IMG/VR virus record: IMGVR_UViG_3300028888_002023 | Coordinates: 12,176-76,175 of that record | DNA from: a virus | Taxonomy: Duplodnaviria; Caudoviricetes | DNA length: 64,000 bases | Direction: 5' to 3' (one strand) | Shown: positions 47,305 through 57,323 of the stretch, piece after piece | Position numbering within the stretch: position 1 is the first letter of the stretch | Layout: every line of letters begins with the position of its first letter | Notes under the pieces: generated by a model | Seen by the model: only the letters and a program-made list of their open reading frames with translations | What the model was told of the DNA's origin: nothing | Database searches by the model: none | Translations under genes and position numbers: made by a program

Positions 47305-48960
47305 ATGGAGAAATTTAAAATGGCACAATTCAAAACAGTAGAAGACGTTAAACAAGCGTTCTTAGTTAGAAGCAATGGCTCTGACTCAATCCCTAATCAC
47401 GCTGGTATTCGTTATAGTGACATTGACAAACACGCTCACATTGTTGAAAGATTGTTAGACACAGATTACAACAAAATATCTGGTTTCACATTCTCTGAAA
47501 TTATGGAAGCTGTTTCTACAGTTGCTACTAACTACAATACCCCAGAATATGTAAACCAAGCTAGACAAGGTGCTGGTGCAATCCCTGTATCTGAATCTTA
47601 TGCTACAACTGAAAGCGAGTATTATGCTTGCAACGAATCATTTGATGGCACAATGGTTTCTCAATCACCATACCCAATGCCTGCTGTATCTTTGGTTACA
47701 TATCAATATGAAAAATCTGTAATTCCTTTCCTTTGTCACCAATTTGACCTTAAAGGAAACCAAGGTATGATTTACTTCACAGAAATTACAGCTAAAAATG
47801 CTAAAGGTAATGTTGCAGCAAAAGACCTTTTAGGTAAAGCTGACGAAATGGGCGTACACAATGTAGCTTTTGTTGGTACAAGAGCAGTTAATTACGCTCC
47901 AGATGATGCTACTAATTGGCCTGTAACTGCATCTGGTACAACTCAATACACTTTAAAAACTGGTGTTAAACTTCAACCGGGTTCTGTAATTGTTACATTG
48001 CCGGGAACTGAAGGTGCTTTGGTTGACATTGCATTCCCAGAAGCTAAAGAAGATGTTGCTCACCAAATGCTTTGTATCAACGGTAACTTTGCACAAGGTA
48101 CTGTAAACTATGCTACAGGTGATATCGTTGTTACTTTGGCTTCAGCTCCTACAACTGCTGGTGTTAAATTCGTTGCTAACTTCGCTAGAGATATTGAAGA
48201 ACCTACAACAACTAACATGGCTGAAGTAGAAGTTGACCTTAAGAGCAAAAGATTAGTTGCTGAAAACTTCTCAGTTAAAACTCACACTAACCTTTACCAA
48301 GAAGCTCTTGCAAAAGCTGTATTCGGTATTCAATGGAACTCAGTTGTTGATGATGCTTTATCAGCTCTTTACAACAAAGAAATTGCTAACAAAATCACTT
48401 CTGAAATCCGTGGTAAGATTATAGCTGCTAACAAAGCAACTCATGATATTTCAAATGGTATTGTTGATGCTACTAATAACCTTGGTGGTAACAATGCACT
48501 GTTCAATGTACAATTCATTTCAGTTGTAATGGGTAAAATCAAAAAACTTATTCAAACTGCATCTGGTTTGGCATTGACTCGTTTGACTTCTATCGTTATC
48601 AACGCTGATGTACTTCCTATAATCGAAGCATTACCTAAGTACAAACAAGCTGAAAACCAATTTGAAGACAACATGGGTGGTATGGTTCTTATCGGTATGT
48701 ATGATGGTATTCCTGTTCTTTGCGGATATGCTCCAATTGTAGAAGCAGGCGAAGTTATTGGTATCTTCAAGTCTAAAAAACAAGACTTCTTGACTCCATA
48801 TGCTTTCGGTACTTTCATACTTCCTGTATTGAGAGACATCTATGACCAAAACAACCTTGCTGTTACTAGAAAACAATTGATTTCAAGTGCAGCTGGTGAA
48901 GTTGTAGCTGAAAGATTGGCTGCTCAATTGACAATCAATGGTATTGACGATATAATCTAA
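47305..48960 (+). CDS. Major capsid protein (T4 gp23-like)
   Basis: 551 aa, strong high-expression codon bias, position after scaffold, terminator after; late motif at 47260-47269. Confidence 0.85.
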   Translation: MEKFKMAQFKTVEDVKQAFLVRSNGSDSIPNHAGIRYSDIDKHAHIVERLLDTDYNKISGFTFSEIMEAVSTVATNYNTPEYVNQARQGAGAIPVSESYATTESEYYACNESFDGTMVSQSPYPMPAVSLVTYQYEKSVIPFLCHQFDLKGNQGMIYFTEITAKNAKGNVAAKDLLGKADEMGVHNVAFVGTRAVNYAPDDATNWPVTASGTTQYTLKTGVKLQPGSVIVTLPGTEGALVDIAFPEAKEDVAHQMLCINGNFAQGTVNYATGDIVVTLASAPTTAGVKFVANFARDIEEPTTTNMAEVEVDLKSKRLVAENFSVKTHTNLYQEALAKAVFGIQWNSVVDDALSALYNKEIANKITSEIRGKIIAANKATHDISNGIVDATNNLGGNNALFNVQFISVVMGKIKKLIQTASGLALTRLTSIVINADVLPIIEALPKYKQAENQFEDNMGGMVLIGMYDGIPVLCGYAPIVEAGEVIGIFKSKKQDFLTPYAFGTFILPVLRDIYDQNNLAVTRKQLISSAAGEVVAERLAAQLTINGIDDII

Positions 48961-48984
48961 TTTTCAGATTAAACTAAATACTAA

Positions 48985-49015
48985 AAAGACCTCCTTATTA
49001 GGGGGTCTTTCTTTT
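48985..49015 (+). terminator. Rho-independent terminator after MCP
   Basis: AAAGACCTCC-TTATTA-GGGGGTCTTT-CTTTT. Confidence 0.85.
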
Positions 49016-49020
49016 ATAAC

Positions 49021-49071
49021 TTGACAAGACTGTAATCCCATGATATACTATTCATGTACAATTATATTTTA
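49021..49071 (+). promoter_or_regulatory. Tandem sigma70 promoter and late motif
   Basis: TTGACA-17-TATACT (49021-49049) and TTATATTTTA (49062-49071). Confidence 0.7.
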
Positions 49072-49101
49072 ATGTAGCAAACTATTAATAGGAGAAGAGA
49101 A

Positions 49102-49533
49102 ATGTTTGTTCATAGTTTATTGAAAGAAGAAATTACGTACAGGGCTCATGGTAGAAAATTTATTATCAAGCCGGGTATGAATAATTTAACAGGTATTACT
49201 AAAGAAGAATTAGTAAGAACCTTTGGTGATGTTGATTTAGTTTTTGTAACTGATGAAACTTGCACACCTGTAATTGAAACTCCTGCTGAAGTACAAGATG
49301 CACCAGCAGAAAATCCAGAAAAAGGAAATGATGTATTAAAAGATGAAGGTGACAAGGCTGGTGAGGCTGACCAAGCTGATAATGAACCTAAACCTGATAA
49401 TGCACCTGCTAAACCTGAAGCTGAAAAGAAAGAAGACGGTGAAGCTGTTAAGACCGAAACAGCACCTAAAGCACCTGCTAAAGCTCCAGCAAAAGCAACT
49501 GTTAAAAAAGCAACTGGAAAGAAAAACAAGTAA
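49102..49533 (+). CDS. Small protein with acidic and Ala/Lys/Pro-rich tail
   Basis: 143 aa, SD AGGAG. Confidence 0.7.
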   Translation: MFVHSLLKEEITYRAHGRKFIIKPGMNNLTGITKEELVRTFGDVDLVFVTDETCTPVIETPAEVQDAPAENPEKGNDVLKDEGDKAGEADQADNEPKPDNAPAKPEAEKKEDGEAVKTETAPKAPAKAPAKATVKKATGKKNK

Positions 49534-49553
49534 TTTCATAATAGGTTAAGTAG

Positions 49554-50489
49554 ATGTTATATTTAGAAGAGAGCGTAGAAACTATATTGGCTGAAGAAGG
49601 TCAAGACCTTTTAGGTTTATCATTCCTAACAGAAGTTCTTGGCTTGACTATGAAAAAAATGGATAATCTCTTTAGAAAGAGTGCATTACAATATTCTCGT
49701 AGAAGACCAATAGAAGAAACTCGTACATTTGAAACTCCAACAGGGTTTGATATAGCAACATTACGCATGCCAGAAGGTGTGCGTGCTGTTAAGGCTGTAA
49801 GATACGCAGTTTTAGAGGAGTTACCACGTTACTACGTTGATGATTTTGGTAAGTTATCTTATGAATACGAGGAACATTCTCGTCTATTAAAAGTATGGCC
49901 TCCAATTTCACCACTTCGTGTATCATATACCAGAGACCTAGAAATTACTAAAACTCGTAAAATAGTAGGTTCGTCTCTAATATCAGAGAACGAAACCTAT
50001 TATTATACAGAGTTGCCTACTGCACCTATGAAAGAAACTTTAAAACTTAAATTAGGTGATTTTACTATAAAAAAGGTAGATGAAAGAATTGAAACTGTTC
50101 CTACTGCATATGATTCTGAAGACCAAGAGATATGGGTATTAGAAGGTAGTATGGGTACAGGAACCTATAATACAACTACAAGAGAATTAGAAATTAATTT
50201 TGATGAAGATAATGAAGAGCTTATGAAGGGTGGAAATTTGTTCTATGAATATTATCCACAATATTATGTGTTGCCAGATATAAGTCTTCAAGATGAAATA
50301 TTTAATAAATTGTTTGCTAGTAAGATTTTAGAAGCACTTGCTTCATTAAGAGCACAATCTACGCAGGAAGTATTGCACAATATCGACCTTACTACAGACG
50401 AACTTTACACTCGTGTTCGTATTCTTAAACGTGAACTCAATACATTGCTTAGAAATACTATTAAATTCTCTGGTATGGCTCCAATTTAG
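49554..50489 (+). CDS. Neck/head-completion protein (gp13-like)
   Basis: Position after MCP, 311 aa, helical C-terminus. Confidence 0.55.
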   Translation: MLYLEESVETILAEEGQDLLGLSFLTEVLGLTMKKMDNLFRKSALQYSRRRPIEETRTFETPTGFDIATLRMPEGVRAVKAVRYAVLEELPRYYVDDFGKLSYEYEEHSRLLKVWPPISPLRVSYTRDLEITKTRKIVGSSLISENETYYYTELPTAPMKETLKLKLGDFTIKKVDERIETVPTAYDSEDQEIWVLEGSMGTGTYNTTTRELEINFDEDNEELMKGGNLFYEYYPQYYVLPDISLQDEIFNKLFASKILEALASLRAQSTQEVLHNIDLTTDELYTRVRILKRELNTLLRNTIKFSGMAPI

Positions 50490-50501
50490 TGGGAGGTTAT
50501 T

Positions 50502-51428
50502 ATGAACTTACACGACCTTATCAGAGGTACAAGAAGAGTAGAATCTGACGGTACTTGGGACACAAGTAAAGATTTTAGAAGAAAAGAGTTTGGTCAGATT
50601 ATAGATATTAACACACAAGGTTCTTATAATGCTAGGCACAACACCTTGAGTGTTGTTATGTATATTACTTCGTCTACTCAGAAATATAGAAACATGGGAA
50701 GTGCTTCAACTTTTGCTAAACAAGTACAAACACATTATTGTGCTATTTCATTCAAAAATGTAGAACAATATGTTTATGATAATATTCAAGAAAGAATAAC
50801 TCTATGGAATGAACGAAATCCAGAGCGTCCTATAGCCTCTTTACAGGACTTTATTGATAAAGCATTAGAAGAACATCCTAGAACAATTCCAGTAGAGGTT
50901 AATGACGACCGTGTTGTCCTTAGAACGAAGATTGATTTATCAACTGAATGTGCAGTTAAATGTACTTGTGCTCATTTCTATTTTACATTTGCATATTATT
51001 GTGCACAAAGAAAATGTTACATAGGCGAAGCACCAGCACCTTATAAAAGACGTAGAAAAGCAGAATGGAAATATAATTCAAGAAATAAGAATGGTGATGT
51101 GGGATTATGTAAACACTTACAACTTCTATTATCATTTATTTTAAGACCAGATGGTGGTATAAATGGTCAAATGGAATATGCTGATGCTTCTATAAATACT
51201 GTTTCTAATACAAATAAAAGATTGTATGGATTGGACGAAAATCAATTAGGAAAAGAATTAAAAACATCTATCGCTAATTATGAAGAAGGTGTTTATGAAG
51301 AGTTTAAATCAACTCAATTAAGTAAAGCAAAGAAAGAATATAGAGAATTTAATCAAGCTAATAAAGAGCAAAAGATTTTAGGCAAAGGTTATTCAAGTGC
51401 TGACGAGGATTATAATATATGGGAATAA
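50502..51428 (+). CDS. SWIM-type zinc-finger protein
   Basis: VKCTCAHF..GLCKHL (CxC..CxH). Confidence 0.65.
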   Translation: MNLHDLIRGTRRVESDGTWDTSKDFRRKEFGQIIDINTQGSYNARHNTLSVVMYITSSTQKYRNMGSASTFAKQVQTHYCAISFKNVEQYVYDNIQERITLWNERNPERPIASLQDFIDKALEEHPRTIPVEVNDDRVVLRTKIDLSTECAVKCTCAHFYFTFAYYCAQRKCYIGEAPAPYKRRRKAEWKYNSRNKNGDVGLCKHLQLLLSFILRPDGGINGQMEYADASINTVSNTNKRLYGLDENQLGKELKTSIANYEEGVYEEFKSTQLSKAKKEYREFNQANKEQKILGKGYSSADEDYNIWE

Positions 51429-51625
51429 ATAAACCAACAACTTACTGTTTTGTTTGTGGAAGTTCAAATACATATAAGGGGAAATGTTTAGATTGTGGGT
51501 ATGAGTTCCCTTTTAAGTTCCCATGCCCTTTACATAATGGCTCAATGTCATGTCTATTTACAAAGAAAGTATGCAACAAACGCTTTGATTATGGGGATTG
51601 TGAAGTCTACCAAGAGCACGGTTAA
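51419..51625 (+). CDS. Small Cys-rich zinc-finger protein
   Basis: CFVCGS, CLDCGY, CPLH..C..C..C. Confidence 0.65.
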   Translation: MGINKPTTYCFVCGSSNTYKGKCLDCGYEFPFKFPCPLHNGSMSCLFTKKVCNKRFDYGDCEVYQEHG

Positions 51626-51662
51626 AATTAAATTTTAGTTCAGGAAATTAATGGAGACTGTT

Positions 51663-51824
51663 ATGGATAAATATCAAGAATTGGTTAATAAAATTGCAGA
51701 AGAATGTATTAGAGAGTGTACTGGTATGATTCCGGGCATGATTCCTCCTTTACTACCTGTTGGTCAAGAAAATCCAGCTAAAACTGAAGCTGATAAAAAG
51801 AAGAAGAAAAAGAATGAAAAATAG
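51663..51824 (+). CDS. 53-aa small protein
   Basis: Not in ORF track. MDKYQELVNKIAEECIRECTGMIPGMIPP..., SD GGAG. Confidence 0.65.
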   Translation: MDKYQELVNKIAEECIRECTGMIPGMIPPLLPVGQENPAKTEADKKKKKKNEK

Positions 51825-52386
51825 TCATGGAAAAACATTATTAGGGGCAATAAACAAAGATTATGTTTATGTGTCAAATAGAATGACCACAGCTTATGAA
51901 AAAAGATATGGTTTATATTGTGATTTGTATTTTCCTAGACATATTAAAAGACCTAAAAGTCAGAATTTATTAGATGCTAACTATCGTAATAAGTATGCTA
52001 ATGAAGGTGAATATAGCAATAGTAATATATTTGAACCTCATGAAACTCCTACTTATAATGATGAACCAGATGTTAAACAAGTCAAATTTTATATACCTAA
52101 TTTATTAAAGAAGGAAAATGTTAATTCTCCAGATTTAGAATTTGATTCAATATTTCTTAGCGATTATGAAAAAAGACCTTTTATTGAAACAACTAAAAAG
52201 AGAGAATTACCTATAGGTACTAAAGTTGTAGTATATATTGAATGTTCTAAAATGTATTTCTTTGTTGACAATAAAATAGTTGTTAATGGTGCAAATGGTC
52301 ATATGCTCTTAAGAATGACTTTAGCTCCATTATTAGAAGAAGGTGATGAAGGCGATAATGAGGTGCTAGGTAATGTCGAGTACTAA
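51814..52386 (+). CDS. Neck protein (gp14-like)
   Basis: Start reassigned to the MKNSHG ATG, which overlaps the 53-aa gene; positional call. Confidence 0.55.
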   Translation: MKNSHGKTLLGAINKDYVYVSNRMTTAYEKRYGLYCDLYFPRHIKRPKSQNLLDANYRNKYANEGEYSNSNIFEPHETPTYNDEPDVKQVKFYIPNLLKKENVNSPDLEFDSIFLSDYEKRPFIETTKKRELPIGTKVVVYIECSKMYFFVDNKIVVNGANGHMLLRMTLAPLLEEGDEGDNEVLGNVEY

Positions 52387-53158
52387 TTTCTTAAATAATG
52401 CTTTAGCACAATTATTTGATGACATAGAAGATAAATGTCATATAAAAATAAACTCTTTCACTGCAAATGATAGAGCACAACGTAATGGTATAAATGCTGA
52501 CCAAGAATATATGCAAATGTACCAAGAAGAAGAGGATAATAGAATTTATAAATATTTATATGACCCAGATTTAAACTTTGATTTTAGATTTCATCAACGT
52601 ATGGCTCGTATAAATTACGGTAAACGTCAAGAACCTTGGTGTTGTTTAATGTTTAATACAGATACAGTCCAACCACTCACTAATATACTTTCCCATGTAT
52701 ATGATGGCTTAAAATATGTAAACACAGATGAAGTTGACACAGAAGGTTTCCCTAAACAGAAAGCTGTAGAATATAAATTTAGAAGGGTGCTTTGTCCTGT
52801 TAACTTTGTCTTAATTAGCAATGAATTAAGTTATTTATATCAGATACAAGAGAAAATAGCTATGTATTTTGATAGGTGGATAAATTTCACTTATAGTCAA
52901 CAATTATGTTGGACTAAAAATCCTGCTGAAGATGACCACTATGCATTAGTAGGAGCTGCTCAAAATATTAGACAAGTGAATCTTGATAAATTAGATACTG
53001 AATCTAAAGGTTCTTTGGCTATGGTAGCATACTCTTTTGAACTTATTTATTATGTCGTTGAAACGAAATATCAAGAATATAACTTATTAGAGAGAATTAT
53101 TGTTGAGGTTAAAGAAGCAAAGACTGGGCAACCTTTGTTTGTTTCTGTTTATGAATAG
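52373..53158 (+). CDS. Tail terminator/sheath stabiliser (gp15-like)
   Basis: Directly upstream of sheath; YQIQEKIAMYF..FTY pattern. Confidence 0.55.
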   Translation: MSSTNFLNNALAQLFDDIEDKCHIKINSFTANDRAQRNGINADQEYMQMYQEEEDNRIYKYLYDPDLNFDFRFHQRMARINYGKRQEPWCCLMFNTDTVQPLTNILSHVYDGLKYVNTDEVDTEGFPKQKAVEYKFRRVLCPVNFVLISNELSYLYQIQEKIAMYFDRWINFTYSQQLCWTKNPAEDDHYALVGAAQNIRQVNLDKLDTESKGSLAMVAYSFELIYYVVETKYQEYNLLERIIVEVKEAKTGQPLFVSVYE

Positions 53159-53254
53159 AAATAATTACATTTTATAGCAGTTCACAACAAAAACTAAAAG
53201 TTATATTTTAGTGCAGATAATACACAGAAAAGACTTAATAATGGAGAAAAGAAT

Positions 53255-54976
53255 ATGACACGTTTATTGCCGGGCGTATATGTTAGATTCCAAGACTATA
53301 GCACTCTCCCAGAAGGTACTAATAATCTTACTGTAGGTTATGTATTACAATCTAAGAGAGGTCCTATTAAGCAGGCTGAATTAGTAACAAGCCCTACTGA
53401 CTTCCTAAGTAAGTTCACATTCTCTGGAAGTCCTACAATTAAAGATGATAAAACTTTCTGGTCTATCTTACAAGTTCTCAGATACACAAATCAAGTCTAT
53501 GTAGTTCGTGCAGCTAAAAATGCATTATTTGGTGGAATTGGGTACACCACAGAGGGTGGAACTTCATTTGCTAATGGTAAAGCTGACTTAGATGTTTACG
53601 ATTCTGCTTCTGGATTTGGTGAAGGCGAAATCCTTGCTATTACAGGTGTTGATGCTGGTGCTTATAATAATGATATAGGTATTGGTATTACATCTTATGT
53701 TGATAGCTTTGGTCAAGCAATTTTGAAAGATTACTTTGAAAGTACAGAAGCTATGATGGCAGCCAAACCGTTCATGATTACGGTTGTTGATATGAACACA
53801 GACGAAACATTAGAAGAATTCTTATGTTCTCGTTTGGATAATGCTAAAACATTTGATGGAACTCCTTTATTTGTTGAAACAGTAACTTCTGGTTCAGCTT
53901 ATATTAAAGTATTCAATAATGAAGCATTAGTTGGCGATATTCCTAGTACAACTAAGACTATCAATGTTAGACAACGTAATGAAAATACAGGTGCAATTGA
54001 AACAGTTGAAAAAACTGTATTAGATTATCAAAGAATGGCTGGTGGTGCTGACGGTGATGCTTTAACAGTTGAAGACCTTGTTGGTGCTTTAGATGTATTT
54101 AGTGACAAAACTATTCCAGTATCTTTACTTGGTAATGGTTCTGGTCCTCTTTATGAACATCCAACATATCAAGCCTCTCTTATAGCTCTTGCAGAAGAAA
54201 GAAAAGACTGTATGGCTTTCTTGAACTCAAGAGAAACTGACGAAAAGGCAACATTCAATTCTAAAAAAGCATCTAATATAATTACATATAAGAAAGGTGC
54301 TGGTACTATTGGTGATACACTTCCTAGTGGTAATACTTCTTACTTGGCTTGTATGTATGCTCCTCACGTTAACTACTCTGATGTTTTCAACAGCAGACAA
54401 GTTAAATTAGGTGCAGATTCAACCGCAATTGCTGGTTGGTTAAATGTTATCCTAAATACTGGTTATCCTTACGCTTTTGCAGGACCTCAAGATGGTTTAG
54501 TAAATGGTGTATCGACTACTTGGAAAATAGGTGATATGTCTGGTGAAGCAACAAACTTAAATGATGCTTCTATCAACTACATTGCTTATGACGCAAAGGT
54601 CGGTCGTTATTATATGCAATGCCAGAATACATTACAAATTGCAAACTCTTCTTTAAGAAACATTGGTGCAGTACTTAACATATTGGATATCAAAGAAACT
54701 TTCATGACATTCTTGAAAGAATACTTACAAAAACCAATTACACCTCGTTTAAGAGAAGAAATTTACGATAAATGTAACACTTACTTGAAAGACCAGATTT
54801 TAGGGGCTGATAGATGTGTTAACTACTCATTTGTTGATGCAACTTCAGATTATGATTTAAGTAATAATACTTTGAGATATGTGTTAGCTATTGCTTTGAC
54901 TCCTTATGCTCAAATCATTAGATTAGACATGAACATTGTAAATGCTAATTACGACTTCTCAATTAGTCAAGGTTAA
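53255..54976 (+). CDS. Tail sheath protein
   Basis: LLPGVYVRFQDYS, GPIKQAELVTS, VYVVRA, MAGGADG, AYFAGP-like C-terminal sheath domain; late motifs at 53165 and 53201. Confidence 0.92.
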   Translation: MTRLLPGVYVRFQDYSTLPEGTNNLTVGYVLQSKRGPIKQAELVTSPTDFLSKFTFSGSPTIKDDKTFWSILQVLRYTNQVYVVRAAKNALFGGIGYTTEGGTSFANGKADLDVYDSASGFGEGEILAITGVDAGAYNNDIGIGITSYVDSFGQAILKDYFESTEAMMAAKPFMITVVDMNTDETLEEFLCSRLDNAKTFDGTPLFVETVTSGSAYIKVFNNEALVGDIPSTTKTINVRQRNENTGAIETVEKTVLDYQRMAGGADGDALTVEDLVGALDVFSDKTIPVSLLGNGSGPLYEHPTYQASLIALAEERKDCMAFLNSRETDEKATFNSKKASNIITYKKGAGTIGDTLPSGNTSYLACMYAPHVNYSDVFNSRQVKLGADSTAIAGWLNVILNTGYPYAFAGPQDGLVNGVSTTWKIGDMSGEATNLNDASINYIAYDAKVGRYYMQCQNTLQIANSSLRNIGAVLNILDIKETFMTFLKEYLQKPITPRLREEIYDKCNTYLKDQILGADRCVNYSFVDATSDYDLSNNTLRYVLAIALTPYAQIIRLDMNIVNANYDFSISQG

Positions 54977-54991
54977 TCGGAGGAACAATAA

Positions 54992-55549
54992 ATGGCATAT
55001 TACAATTTATCTCAGACAGGTGGAACAAACCTACACACGACCTTCAGATTTGAATTAGAAGTTGTAACAGACGCTAATAATGGAGTCTTAGGGTTGAGTG
55101 ATAAGTTAACAGCGTTCATTACTAAATGTGATGTACCTTGTGCTCCCGGTACTGCAATTCCTTGGAGAATGCCGGGTGGTATGAGAAGTTGGCAAGCTGG
55201 TTGGAGAAGCACAAAAGATATTAAGTTAGAATTTGTTGTAACTTCAGATACAGCTCAGTCATGGATTAGAACCCTTGAAAAATGGGGTGATGCTTGCTAT
55301 GACCTAGAAACTGGTAATAATGCTGGTAAAGCTGGTTATTCTTCTAATGCTCTTCAAATAAGAGTTAAGGGAGAAGATGGTAAAACTCGTTATAGATTTA
55401 AGATTAAACGTGCTATTATCCTTAATATGGATTATGGTCAGTTAAGCTCTGAAAGTAACGAATTACTAAAGATTAGTTGTGACATAGCTTATGATAAATA
55501 TGAAATCTATGACGCTAATAATTCTTTAATTCAAACATCATCTAACTAA
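54992..55549 (+). CDS. Tail tube protein
   Basis: 185 aa after sheath; gp19-like pattern (LDYGQLSSES..ISCDIAYD). Confidence 0.8.
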   Translation: MAYYNLSQTGGTNLHTTFRFELEVVTDANNGVLGLSDKLTAFITKCDVPCAPGTAIPWRMPGGMRSWQAGWRSTKDIKLEFVVTSDTAQSWIRTLEKWGDACYDLETGNNAGKAGYSSNALQIRVKGEDGKTRYRFKIKRAIILNMDYGQLSSESNELLKISCDIAYDKYEIYDANNSLIQTSSN

Positions 55550-55575
55550 TTCCACAATATAATTTAAACACAAAC

Positions 55576-55610
55576 AAGAGTGCCACTTAAATAGTAGTGG
55601 TACTCTTTTA
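55576..55610 (+). terminator. Rho-independent terminator after tail tube
   Basis: AAGAGTGCCACT-loop-AGTGGTACTCTT-TT. Confidence 0.75.
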
Positions 55611-55634
55611 TATTTTAAACTAGAGGTATATTAA

Positions 55635-56372
55635 ATGGCTGAAAATAGTTATAAATTAGAAGGTCACGTAGTAACAACTAATATTCCAACAGACTTTGGT
55701 AATTCTAATAGTGACCGAGTATATGAAAAACTCGGTGAAAACACTTTTGCAATTGGAACAACATATAATAATGTTGTTCATTCTTCAGATGCTATAAGTC
55801 TTTTTACACTTGATATGGCACAAAGTTCTTTCTTTACATTAGAGATAGAAGGATTAACGGAATTAGAACCAGCAATGTATCATTCAGCTACAGGACCTAA
55901 TAGTAAAAAAGCTGATGGCTATAAAAGATTTTTACCTATAAAGTCATTAGATTATACACCTGTTTCTATGGAAAATAAAAATTTTAATGCAGGAATTTTT
56001 CAAGATTTATTTATTATAGAAAAAAGAAAATTAGGCATGTTAAATATTACACTTTTAGATACAAGTGATAATATTTATGAGTATGCTGTTACAGATTGGT
56101 TTAGTTTACCAACTAATAATACGGTGCAAATAAAAGAAGATGGTTCAAATAAAAATAAATTAGAAGTATATCATGGATATGTTGGGTTTTTAGTTGATTG
56201 GGCTAAAGTGTGCAGATATAATGAGTATACTGTAAGAGGTGAAAAATCTAAATCATACGAATTTATGGTGTTACCTACAGGTGATGTAAAAATTAGTAGA
56301 GCATACGATAATAATCAGCTAAAAGAAATTAGTTTTTCTGTCATTATTGGCAGTGATATAACATTATTATAA
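55635..56372 (+). CDS. Tube-like/baseplate tail protein
   Basis: 245 aa after tube; late motif at 55608-55617. Confidence 0.5.
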   Translation: MAENSYKLEGHVVTTNIPTDFGNSNSDRVYEKLGENTFAIGTTYNNVVHSSDAISLFTLDMAQSSFFTLEIEGLTELEPAMYHSATGPNSKKADGYKRFLPIKSLDYTPVSMENKNFNAGIFQDLFIIEKRKLGMLNITLLDTSDNIYEYAVTDWFSLPTNNTVQIKEDGSNKNKLEVYHGYVGFLVDWAKVCRYNEYTVRGEKSKSYEFMVLPTGDVKISRAYDNNQLKEISFSVIIGSDITLL

Positions 56373-56392
56373 ATAGGAGGAAATATATTACA

Positions 56393-57133
56393 ATGGACGG
56401 ACAATTAGTTAGATTAACAGATTTACCTTCAAAAGGTAAAACCTACCCAGATGATATGGAAATTTATGTTAAACCTCTTAGCATAAAAGAACAGATGGAA
56501 ATGGATAGGTATGGTATATCTCAAGCAGAATATTATCAAATTCTTCTTGATGGTATAACAATTAAAGGGAACTACAATGTAAATAATCTTTGGTATCATG
56601 ATGTTCAATTTATGGATATTATTAGAAGATTATATACTTTTGACCAAGAGGAAGAAATAGAAATTGTTGGGTACCCTTGTAGTGACAGATATTGTAGTGG
56701 AAAAATTAATTATAGATTTACTGTAGACCAAATACATTATAGCGACTTTCCAGAAGATATATTTGGTAAAGAATATACATTTTCTGATGGTTTAACAGTA
56801 GTTGTATTCCCACTTACAATATTAGATTTCATTAATTTAAGTAAAAAGTATGTTTCCAATGGGCAAAGTGCAAATCATTCAAATGCTTTGTTATCATACT
56901 TTACTTATTGTATTAAAGAAGTCAAAGATAGAACTTTCAAAGATGATAAGCATCAAGCAGAATTTTTGATTGACTATTTAGGTAGTTTAACTAAATATAA
57001 AGACCAGAAATTATTACATCAAATTGAAGATGATACGGTTGTAGGTGTGTTACCTTTTAAAGCAAAATGTCCTGAGTGTGGAGCTGAAGTTGAGGTAAAA
57101 GTAACACCTTATTCTACCTTTCAGCAAGATTGA
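56393..57133 (+). CDS. Baseplate hub assembly/tail assembly chaperone (gp26-like)
   Basis: LPSKGKTYP..YVKPLSIKE, two CxxC-type pairs, KCPECGAE. Confidence 0.7.
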   Translation: MDGQLVRLTDLPSKGKTYPDDMEIYVKPLSIKEQMEMDRYGISQAEYYQILLDGITIKGNYNVNNLWYHDVQFMDIIRRLYTFDQEEEIEIVGYPCSDRYCSGKINYRFTVDQIHYSDFPEDIFGKEYTFSDGLTVVVFPLTILDFINLSKKYVSNGQSANHSNALLSYFTYCIKEVKDRTFKDDKHQAEFLIDYLGSLTKYKDQKLLHQIEDDTVVGVLPFKAKCPECGAEVEVKVTPYSTFQQD

Positions 57134-57140
57134 TGTTTAT

Positions 57141-57323
57141 ATGTTCTGTACAATGTTTGGATTCGATAGAAAAGAAATTTTAAAATTAATACATTTGTTA
57201 ATTCAAGCAAAATATGGAACATATACAGAACTAATTAATATGACTTTACAAGAATTATCAGATGTTCTAAAAGTTATAAAATCAATAGAACAAGAAGAAA
57301 CTATTTCAGGTGTAGGATTATAA
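57141..57323 (+). CDS. Short tail assembly chaperone (gp51-like/GT-like)
   Basis: 60 aa, YGTYTELINMTLQE; no SD; directly precedes the tape-measure-like gene. Confidence 0.6.
   Translation: MFCTMFGFDRKEILKLIHLLIQAKYGTYTELINMTLQELSDVLKVIKSIEQEETISGVGL

Noticed and set aside
970-49549. Many short overlapping or antisense ORFs in the track (e.g. 970, 3790, 6388, 17420, 25152, 29758, 34573, 40202, 45834, 46126, 49146)
   Set aside because: Shadows of strongly biased real genes; no SD, and abnormal Phe/Ser/Leu-rich composition.
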